From contig NW_026262734.1 in assembly GCF_021869535.1 (NCBI RefSeq), forward strand, positions 44,640,001-44,704,000: a stretch of 64,000 nucleotides of DNA. Reading direction: 5' to 3'. Positions 12,901 to 24,900 of the stretch are shown here, piece after piece. Both the position numbers and the translations under genes were made by a program. The first letter of the stretch is position 1. Each line of letters starts with the position of its first letter. Source of the stretch: Mytilus californianus. Taxonomy: Eukaryota. The notes beneath the pieces were generated by a model. That model did no database searches. It was not told where the DNA came from and saw only the letters and a program-made list of their open reading frames with translations.

Positions 12901-15900
12901 TTAATTTTTATATACATATTTATAAATAGAAATGTTTTTTCGGATGCTAAAATCATAAATTAAAAAAAATGTTATAAAACCTACACAATTACGCATATTA
13001 TTAATGACAATAGGGCGTACACTTTATATCTAGAAATAAATATTGCAATGAATGGTGGTTTTTCATTGATTTGAAAAAAGTTTATTAGTTTATATTTGAT
13101 AGGAAAAGGAAGTATTAAATTTGTCTGAAAATCGTCTAATGTCATTAAAGAGAGAAAAACGTTTTACCACAAAATTTCGGGCAATACAATATTTCTCTAC
13201 TCTCGACATTTAAATTATAGATATTTAAAACTATCTCGAGTGGAGATACATTGTATCACACTTGATCAGGTGGTTAAATCTATATTGACAATAAATTGAG
13301 GTATGAAAGGATTAGGAATTTAAACTTTCAATGTCATTTGCGGACTGTAAGATACAAACATATTTTTTACCAAATGCTGTCTCATAAGCGCTATAGCTGA
13401 AATGAAACTAATACTTCCTTGATTGTCTTATACAATATAATAGCATTTACAATATAACATATTGAAAACAATTGATTTATTGTAAGTTGCTTATCGTCTA
13501 GTGCATGAAAAATAAAAATAAAACTGGTTGCAACTGAAAATTGCATCTAATTAAACCATTAAAATGATATGTTATGAATTAACACGATAATGTCTGTACC
13601 AATAATGTCTGACTACTGGCGTAGAGTTTACTGCATATATATACTTTTTGGTAAAATACCAACAACATATGCAATTGGCGTACACGCTTGAAAGTATTTA
13701 ATAATTCCTATAATTTTGCTGTATCCCTGCAAGTGTTCAACTGAACTCATGAATTGATTGCAGGATTATGCATGGTGAATCACAAAAGGAAGCCTATATA
13801 TTTACTCTGTTTGTTTATGTCAATACAAGACCAATATTATGTACAGTACAATGCATATCTATTATGTTTGGAATTTTATATTTGTACATTACGTTCTTAT
13901 TCTGTTATTTGTTTGTTTGGTAAATGTATTGATTGATTGTTTGATTGGCTGATTGATTGGTGTAAAGGTTTATAGAAAGACCAATTGCATAGCGTAGAGG
14001 AGAGACGCATATTTCATGTTGAGTTGTTCATTAACTGAGTGTTTGTTTGGTGTGAAGTGACGAAAATTCTGTGTTCCATTCCCCCGCTCCTGATACAAGA
14101 AAATACAGTACGGGGACCACTTCCTCGATTAAATACACGAGAACGGGTCTCCAGGCAAACAAGAAAGAAACTACGAGAGAATTTTCAGATTCATGTAAAA
14201 CAACAACAAAAGCAAAGATCCCATTCTGATTTTAAATCACATGAAAACAAACTGCATACACAACAAATACAAAAAATATAAATTCCAAGAATCATAGAAA
14301 AAAATAAATGCAAAATAAAAGGAAGATTCAAGGATATTTGTTTTGGGATGTTAATCTTTGCATGTTCTCATTGTAATTATGTAGGAACATGTAAGGATAT
14401 TTTTTCGGAACAGGAAAAGTAGAAGGGTATTAAATCCTGTATTTTTACCGGCCAAGACATATAATGACTTTAACACAAATAAACATGCTGTACTGATTCG
14501 GAAACGTCTTTTAAGGAGTACTAGACCCTACAGATGTGTTCCGCTTGTTCCTAGAAACCCGAACCCGTTCATGTTTTAATAGAGGAATTTGTTCCCGGTC
14601 GGCCCCTTTATTTGGAGGACAGTGCATTTGCCATTCCATGGGCAAACAATTCACGCTAAATATTTGTCACTAAACATATAAACTGTTCAAAGATTAATTA
14701 AATATTTCTTGAATATATCCCATATATAAAAACATGAATGTAGATTCAGAATAATTTATCTTCAATTTTATCTTTATGATCAAACCTTTGAAAAGAATAT
14801 ATTATATTAATCTTTAGTTTATTTTGTACCAGTTTAGATTAAGCTAGCTTCCACTAGCAATACAATTTTGAATGTTAAAATTAAAAGTCATAACTTCATG
14901 TTATCCAAATAATGTAGAAACAAACAAAACCAAAATAAAAAACTCTTACATGTTTACACTATTTGCACTTTAGCTTGGAATTTTCGAATAATTTCTCTTA
15001 TATTTTTAGAAAAAATCAAACAACACTCACGAGTTGTTAAAACATCATGGACACCCAAGGAAGATATGCAGTTAGGCACAATAGTCAGGGTAAAGAAATC
15101 AGGAAAAGAAGTCCATGTGCAATGGGACAAGCTAGAGGAAAAAGTTAACCTGCTCGATCTACGCTTAGTTGACAATGCGTCAGGTATTCACCAATTACAT
15201 TTTTTCAACGTTTTATCATGAAGTAAATATATATTAGATGTCACTAGTGTAGTTGGAACTGCTGACCATTTCGAGGCATCCGAGTAAACCACCATGCTCA
15301 ATCTTAGTTTTTTTTTAGTTTTCTGTGTAGTAATTTGCAATTATAATATGTTATTCGACTTTTCGTCGTTTATTTTGCCATCATGTTGTCTTTTATATCG
15401 TTTGATTGCTCCCTTGGTCTTTTTCAACATTAATAAAGTATACAATTTAAATTGTTTTTTAAATTGTAAGGCTGTTTCTCAAAATGATGTATAAAGAATT
15501 TAGATAAAAACAACAATGACTATCTGCCTATGTACAACCGTTTTGTACGGCCATATACATATCATCTGTATTTTAAAATTCTCCTGTTTCACTGTATTCG
15601 TAAATCATTGATATCAAAAGTTGACTACATGATACGATATGGTAAATCAAGGTTGGCGATGTGCTTACGCGATCTATATGATGAATCAAGGATGCCAATT
15701 TGTTTACGTGATATATATGGTGAATCAAGGTTGCCAATTTGTTTACGCGGTTACGATATTTTCCTCAAAAGACCATAATGGTGTACAGTACAATGATAAT
15801 TTATTATTTCTACTCAACAAATACTGTAACCCGCTGAGGAAGAACAAATAATATTGTAGTTAGTCTAATATTTTCAAATTGCTGTGTAATTAACTTATGT

Positions 15901-18900
15901 CGAGATTTTATCTGGTAAGAGCATAATTTAATCATACTATTCAAGTATTATTTCTGATTTAAACAATATCTCCAATGATAATTATTAACGATTCAAAATA
16001 TATTGAATTTCATTTTTCTAAACACAAAGCAAAAAGTTAAGCACTCCAAAGTTTTTTTTGAAATGATACGATTAGTATCAGACGATTACGGACGAAATAA
16101 TCGCAAATATAGAATTGTTGTTTGTAAGGCCATTACAGTGGCTTTAATAAAACACAACAAATATCAACAGAAATGATAATTTAATGAATAGATTATCACT
16201 AAATCACAACCCCAGTTAACATGTTCATTTTAAGTATTGACCTTCTGAGTTCAAAATGACTGAAAAGATTGGCATTGCGCTTGGCAAAAGTGAATTGTAA
16301 GCCAATTAAAGACATCCATGGTTCAAAGTTTAATTTCGAGTGAAATCACCACTTGCTTGGATGACGGTCTCAACCGGCCTGCGTCTTTTACTGGCTTTCT
16401 GTCGTCGGATTTTCTGCTGTGTTAGCTGTCACCATTCCCGGTGCATTTCTACTTTCAACTGACGTACGTTTTGTAGAGGAGGTTAGACTGCCTGTACACG
16501 ACGACATTTCTTGCCCTAAAAATGCGCTATTGGAATCAAATCCGGGCTCATGGCTAACCATGGAAGAGAAGTCATGGCTTCAACTTGGGGTAGGCGGTTA
16601 CGGTCCTTGAACACTGCGGCCTAGCGTTTTCATCCATAAACACATGTCTCGCAGCCAATGGATGGTTGTCAATATGGTGGACAAACACCGGCTGAAAAAC
16701 GTCTCTGATGTATTGATCACCTATTAGATTTCGACGAATGGTCAGATTACAAACATGAGTGATGCACCCCAGTATTTTTTTGTATCCAAACTCTCACGCG
16801 TCCATCCGTTACATGCGACAGAAACCAGTTATCGTCCGACCACTGGATCTTGCGCCAGGTCCTTAAGTTCCAACTATGTGGTGGTCAACGCAATGCCAAT
16901 GCCAAGTAAAACACAATCGTTGACGATGATGAAGGTAAATCCAGAAAAGCGCTCGAACGCATGCAATTTATAACATTACTATTTGCAAATGGCATTTGTC
17001 TTACACGGCGATTCAGTGCCCTGTCTTTAAGCTAATATTTCACAGGTTGTCTACAGGATCTAGGTACTGTAAGCAGGGAAATTTTCGCGGCAGTCTTATT
17101 TTCTCGGTTAGATTGGAAACACAAAAATAAAACTTTCGCGAATATTTTCATGGAGTTGGCTTGGGTGTGTTTTCTCACAAGATGGCTAATTACAGTATAG
17201 TGATAGCCCATCTGATTTCCAATATCTTGAAAGGACATCCCGGTTGGCCGCAAGCTGATAATAAGCCATCTGAGAGTCTCCGGTATTTGTCGTCGTACCA
17301 AGTTAACAGACAATGTATAAATGTGTCAAAACACCGGGCTGAAATACCAAAATTTAAAGCGTGGAAATACTGAATTTTGGATATTAAATGGAGGTATTGT
17401 GCACGTGCATGATACCTCAATATCTTAATAACAGGTCATACCTGTATTATCACTATTTTTTATAGAACAATGTGTGTTTAAATCAATATTTGCATTTAAA
17501 GAGCTTTTATGTTTCACCTGTAGCATTTCAAACTATTGCAACGTTTGAAAAATTGTATTTTACCACTATAACAACCTTCAACAGAGTGTATAAATAAACA
17601 TGTGACCGCTTTTTACATTCTGAAACGCTTTAAGGGTCCCAAGTTTTGGAACATATGAGTCTATTGTTATACAACTGCTACAACTTTGGCTTGACTGTAA
17701 CACATTGTTTTAGCTGGTGTAACGCTTTTGAACAGTATAAGTACGCCAAAGGTATAGTGGGTTGTACTTTATAGTTGTGCTAAACCCTATCTCGTTACAT
17801 TAAATGTAATCAATTGTTACCTCTCTTATACATGTTATAGCTATACTCATTTTGTTTAAAAGTCATTTTCAGTCATCGATAAAATAATTAATTAAATGAA
17901 TGTCTCTATTATGAGGTTTGTTTGGTACAGTCCTGAATTAAATGTAGATGGTTTCGTGGTTGAATCATATTAGACAAAATAAGATGGCATGCTTATCTAT
18001 TTTATCAAATCTTTATACTTCACTAAACATAGATGAATAAAACCAAATTCTATTTTTAGCACATTCTAAATTAGTGATGATTTAATTGGCTTTGCCAAAA
18101 AGTTTTCATTTTCAAATTACATGTCTTCATTATCTTCATTTTAACAAAATAACATGAAGAAAGAAATATTATATTTAACATTTCCGAATTATTGTATTTT
18201 TTATAGAAAAAAAAGAAAAAAGTTCAAGAGTAGTTTTCATATCACGGACAATCATGCGCAGCAGTACAGTAAGCAGTATGCAGGTTGGAAGAAACGTTAA
18301 CCTACGTTTATTAGACAATGCGCCAATAAGTATGCACTTCTTGTATTTTTAGTTTTGATTGTGAACTCTTCGTTGTTGTAAAACGGAGAGCTTAAATGAA
18401 ATAGATGATTTCGGGTATACGAAAAAGGTCAAGGTAAAGTAACGATTCAATATATATGAAGGTCTGCGTTTTACAGGTTATCTAAATTACAAAAAAAAAA
18501 AAAACAACAATGATAATGATATATAACAAATTAAGAAATTGTCAGTTTTAGATCATAGTTAATGATTGGTTTCTGTCTGGGTTAAAACCAGAGGAACCCG
18601 AAAGGTCTTTAAAACAGAAAATCAATTGGAGCGTTGTCATATCCTTGTAAGCGAGGCATGGACGCAGGATCTGTATTTTAATCAGATTGAGTTTGATTCA
18701 AATGTCACTAATGATATAGTATGAAAAACGAAAAGACTACTGATAAGCCTTGTATCTTTGATGATTTGTTTTTAACCAATATAGAGAAATACCAAGCAAT
18801 TCTTCTATGGTTAATAAGTAAGACATAAAAATACGGATACATATGAATAAAATTGGATGTTACAAAATTTCTGAAATTATTTTAGAATAAGGATTATATC

Positions 18901-21900
18901 TCCCTCCTGCAAAGCTCTGATTCCTTGCCTGACTTTGGCTACCCTTTTTGTCCTTTTTTGGTTTTATCAGTTCTTCAAATATGAATAAGTTGTGGATTTC
19001 AAATATTTTGGCTTCTGGTTTACTACCACTGATTCGGGCCCTTTCAGAAAGAACATATAAGAAAGTTGTACATATTTTAAACAAAATAGTTCCTACGCAT
19101 AGCTGTAACTTTGTCAATAAGAAACATATTTAGGCAATTTTGGTATCAAATGAAACCTTAAGGACTTGAAATAACTATAGAACCCTTGTTGAAAATTTCT
19201 TTTGAATAATAATAAAAAAGAAATTATAAAAGGAGGGCACATTTGCCCTGTTGATCGGATCAGAAGTACCTGTTTTGTACTACCAAACTGCAGAGAACCA
19301 ATGCGCTTTAATATGCAATTAAAGGTGTGTTGAAATTTTACGCACAAGTCAGGATAAGGTAATGTTTTGACATGAAATGACTACCACTTTATTTGAACTT
19401 AAGACAAAGTAACCATTAATGCTTGAATTCAAAATTTATCAGAGAAAACATTGGGACTATGAATTAGTTTTATACCTTCTTGAATCACTGAAGAGACAGA
19501 TATTATGTTATATTGATAAGCATGGTGCAGTAAAAGTAATACCGTTAATGTTATCACTATCACTGTGTCGATACCTCTGCTGGTGGACTGGTAGGACTGT
19601 TAGTCTTCTATGGTATACCAAAATCAGTAGCCGATGCTAGATTCGGTTAAAACGTGAAGATACAGATATTGTGTTATTAAAATTTTGATTAATAATTGAA
19701 TCTCACTTGTGTAAAGCTTTAATTGCTTACCCAGATTTGGCTACACCATTTGTCCTTTTTAACAGCTCTTCAATTTTTGAATAGTATTAAGTTGTTTTTA
19801 ATTTTTTATATGTTTTGTCACCGAAGAGACATTAGTAGTCCACATTTAATAAGACATATAAGGCATATAGCTATTTTCGCTGCTTGTTAACTACCAATGA
19901 GAGAATCTATGGCCCAGGGATAAATGCTATACCACTTATACAATTTGGGAAGGTTGCAACAAATAGTTTGTGATTGTTTGATCTCTATAAAATAATATTG
20001 AGAATGGAAACGGGAAATGTATCAAAGAGACAACAACCCGACCAAAGAGCAGAAAACAGCCGAAGGCCACAAATGGGTCTTCAACACAGAGAGAAAATCC
20101 GCACCCCGAGGAGGAGGTCAGCAAGATCACTTTTGTATGCCAAATGTAAATTATAATATAGATTGGTAACTGTAACATCCCTTTCACATGTGTAATATCT
20201 ATCCCCATTTCTTTTGACTGTCATTTTAGTCATCTATATTGTAATAAAATGACTGCCGCTGGTATGAATAGTTGTTTTACGTGCAGTAATGTATCATATG
20301 TAGCTAATGTCTGTAATCTTTCAAATACAATTGGTTAATCAAAAGCAAATCAATCTCATATATCTTATCAACTCTTTGGAAAAAATAACTTAAAAAAAAT
20401 AATATATTTTTGGTATATTTTGTATAGGTCTAAATTTAATTGGTTTTCATTTTAAATTTCGATGTTACATGTCAATACTATAGTTTAACCCAAAAAATTC
20501 CAGGGACGAACGGTTGTATTTTGCTTATGTTTGACATTTTCGGATAATTGTTTTATTCATAGAAAAAATAGAACAAGGTTCAAGAGTAGTAAAAAAATCA
20601 TGGACACCCAAAGAAGAAATGCCTTTAGGAACAATTGTTCTGGTGAAGACATTAAGAAGTGAAGTGTATGTCCAATGGGACCAGATTGAAGAAAAGGTTC
20701 ATCTTCATGATATACGTTTAGAGTCTAGTCAACAATGCGCCAACAGGTATTACCCAATTAGAATGTTTATCGTTTGTGGCTTTTGTATATTTGTTATCAA
20801 ATAGAAAGTGATGAGTTCGGGTTTTGCGAAAATATCAATATAGAGCCATCAATTCAAAATGTATAATGAAGTCTGCGTATTACATTAGGTCGTCTAATTG
20901 ACAACCACTAATAATTAAAATAATATATGAAAAAAAAATAATCAGTACATTATAAGTCTTAGATCCAAGCAAATACTTGCTGACTACATGTGCTACTGTT
21001 CTACTGTAGATCAATACAATTTGGTTGACTAGCAGCAACATATGCCACTACCGTAATCGTACATGTATGAATTATATCATTAAACTGGGCCCACGAGTAG
21101 CTACATGTAGCAGCATCAAACATGGTGAATCAACCAGAATAATTGATATGTGTTTGCTTTAGGTCCAGTGACAAATATATGGTACTCTCTCTCTCTCTCT
21201 CTCTACATGAGGTACCGGGATTTAGCGTCCAAATTCTGACTGAACGGTGGTTCGTATTTATAAATCCCGGACAGCCAAATGGACGCCAACTTCGGAAGGG
21301 TTTAACCACTGGTCGGTAGAAAACCAAGGTGACCGTTTTTTTTTTTACCTCAGTCACCCTTGGAATGATCACCAATGAAAGCCTGTCTATTTACCCAGTT
21401 ACAATGTAAGTTATGTTTCATAAAAAAAAACTAAGTTTGCCGTCAGAGCGTATTATGCAATAAATTGAGTTTGTCTACTGAACGTTTACTGCAATTTCAA
21501 ACTCTGCTCTTTTCTTTGTCTTGTGTCTTCTGTCAATTATATGTTTTAGAAGGAAGTCAAATTATTTAACTGAAAGATAGTATTTCTTTTGAAGAGATCA
21601 CTGATGATTTTATGAGATCGTTGTTCCGAAAATTTTTGTGATCCTTTTTACATTAATATTTTATGACTGTAACAGCCTACATAACGGTGTTAACAAAAAA
21701 TTTGGCAACTGCTTTAATTCTAAAATGCTTTTACTATCCCCACATAAGGAAACAATTTTTTGAACTGGTTCAACTTTGGACAGGCTGTTTCACGGTGTTT
21801 TTACCGTTAAAACTCTTTGTACATGTTATAACACAGAAAGAATACTCAATGGACGATGGGTTGCACTTTTTGTATGCTAAATAAAATTGAGAATGGAAAT

Positions 21901-24900
21901 GGGGAATATGTCAAAGTGACAACAACCCTACCAAAGTGCAAAAAACATTTCAAAACCTTCCAAGTTACGACAAATTAACCATTACAGCACACGAGTTTAC
22001 CAACGGTTTTTGTCGGGTTTCGTGTTACTTAGTCTTTAGTTTTCTATGTTGTGTTTTGTATACTGTTGTTTGTCTTTTGATCAATTTTGGTTTTTGCAAT
22101 GGCGTTGAAGCTCGTTTACAACTTATAAGTTTGATGTTCCCATTAGGTCTTCACCTCTCTTTTACAGCTTATCTTAATTTTTGGTATATTTTGTATTAGT
22201 TTGAATTAAAATTTAATTTGCTACCACTTTGCATAAACTCAAATATAATAACTTTTTTTTTAACTTAAAATGTCAAAAGACAAACGCTTACATTTTTACT
22301 TTCGCTTACATTTTTACTTTCACTTAAGTTTGACATATTACAATTATTTTGTTGATAGAGAAAAAGAAGAAGGTTCAAGAGTAGTTAAAATAGTATGGAC
22401 ACCCAAAGACGAAAGTTGTGTAGGCACGATAGTTAAGGTCAACAAAACAAAACAAACAGCTCGTGTTCGATGGGACAAGCAGCCTGAAGAAAAAATTAAT
22501 CTGTATAAACTACGTTTAGTAGGCAATTATCTTACAGGTATAAACTAATAATATTGTTTTACTTTTACCTGTTTACTCTATATATTTTTAAAAGAAAGAA
22601 AGCATGAGAGCTGATTTCAGTTTTTTGAAAAGTTCAACACACTATTCAAAATGTATATGGAGGTATGTGTTTCACATCAGGACATGCAATTTATTCCAAA
22701 GCTGAAAGTGACCTTGTTTAAGTGTATTCGGCCAAGCGTTACATTGAGTAAGTTAGCTGCTTATTTGATAAGGCATGGTACGTCAAACGCGCATTTCGTC
22801 TACCGTTAAATTCATTAGTGGCGCTTGAATTAAAAAAAGTGTTAAGGTTGTAAAGGGCAGTATGCAGTATGTTTCTTAAAGGAGAGACACAAGATACCAT
22901 AAGGACATTCAAAGTCGATGATAAACTGACAATGGCATGGCTAAAAAGAAAAAGACACACAGACAAACAACAGTACACAGAACACAACATAGAAAACTAA
23001 AGACTGAGCAGCACGAACCATAAGCATACTGCATTTTAACTCTGCTTAACTTTCTCTTGTATATTTTTCGGTCTTTCTTCAATTTGGTGATAGAAGGAAG
23101 TCAAAATCTTTAACTGAAATATTATATTTATTTTGAAGAGATTACTGATGATAATATTGTGGTTACGAAAATCCTGGTAATACGTTTAGGAAGCTATAAT
23201 GATATTGTAATGAATCACATATTTTTCATTCTTGTTTAATGCATTTTGCCTCGATAATCTGCTAAGAATATTAAATGAGCTACCACATAATATGATCAAA
23301 TATTCAAATATTATATCAAATGTGTTCAATATTCAATATTTTCAAAAAATATTATAAACAATTCAAAATATAGTATATTAACATTTTCTTTGAAAGCTTA
23401 AAGTATACATGTATCCTTGCTTGCTGTTCGGTGTGAGCCAAGGCTCCGTGTTGAAGGCCGTACTTTGACTTATAATGGTTTACTTTTACAATTTGTGATT
23501 TCGATGGAGAGTAGTCTCATTGGCACTCATTTCACATCTTCTTATATCTATATAACATTTTGAATTTTAATATGACGCTCCTCAAACGCTTTGAGTACAC
23601 ACGAGTGGTGAAATATGAATATATTGCATGCCAGCTGATCGACAACATCATGATTTCTTTGGACTGTTGAACGAATGTAAAACTGAATTTACCAAAACAC
23701 AGAAACATAAATAAACGATGATAAAAATTCGTTGAATGTCAATGGTCATAGATAAAAGTAAAATAATAATTTAATTTCGTCCAAACTGTCCATGTATGTT
23801 ATTTTAAATCGTTTAAGCATGTCACTAATAAAGGTTTTTCATATTTTACATTGACATTAATAGTGTATTTCATTAAGGGAACAGCAAACATTTGCCTTTA
23901 ACCTAGAAAGCTTCTATCCAGAAGAATTGCCGTATTTGTCCTATTAAAATAGAAATAATTCATGTGGGTTGAATTTATACTGATTTTACCACGGATTTGC
24001 CCTTTATTCCGATATTTTACCCCTCAATATCGCTCGTAGTAAAAAAAATAAGCATAAAGGGCCATCACGTGGTAAAATCAGTTTAAATTAAAACCCCCAT
24101 GAATTATATTTTAAATATCTGAAACACCGAAGCAACTGTTTGTGATATTGAACGATTATCCCAACATTTAATTAGCCGAAACAAAGATATGGCAACTATG
24201 TTAACTCTGAAATGATTTAAAGATTTATTATCTACAATTTTGTGGGGGTGTAAAAAAAAGCGGCATATATGCAGTTATTGTATAGATGTAAATGAAAACA
24301 CATATTTTGCTTGTCATTTTCGTACTTTAATGAGCGCAATAAAAATCAAAAGTGTATTGATTATCGTGTACAGTTAGAACAGAGCCCATACTATATGCAT
24401 ACATGTATACAGCATGTAACGAGCGATGAACTTGACCTTCAAGTAACAACACGCTACATTTATGACACTTCGAATACTTGTTTTTATTTATAGATAAAAT
24501 AGAAATAGGGTCTAGAGTAGTTAAAAAATCACAGACAACTCGAGAAGAAATACCTTTCGGCACAATAGTCAACATAAATCAGTTAAAAAAAGAAGTTCAT
24601 GTTAAATGGGACAAGCCTGAAGAAAAAGTTAACCCGCTTGACCTACACTTATACGACAACGCGCCATCAGGTAGTAAATAGCTATAATGTGTAACTTTTT
24701 TTACTTTTGGACTATATATACTTAGTTTTATAAACCGGGAAGTATTCTGTTTAAATTACTGGAAGAAAAAGCATTGCTTCCGTTGATAAATGTTTCTTTA
24801 CCTTTAAATCTTCTTAAATGTCCCTTGATATATTCTTATCACTTTTTGAGATTTGCAAAACCGTACAAAAAGTTGTAACAGATCCCTGCAACCGACAGCT

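Noticed and set aside
14039-14600. Coding-like stretch, possible TE protein
   Set aside because: No motif that I can recognise; left unannotated.
14954-15175. Minus-strand ORFs over exons (also 22344-22526, 24327-24575, 42618-42809, 62983-63180)
   Set aside because: Antisense shadows of real plus-strand exons.
23145-23175. CTGATGA...GAAA hammerhead-like motif (paralogue at 21601)
   Set aside because: Stems I and III cannot be formed; part of duplicated intron sequence.
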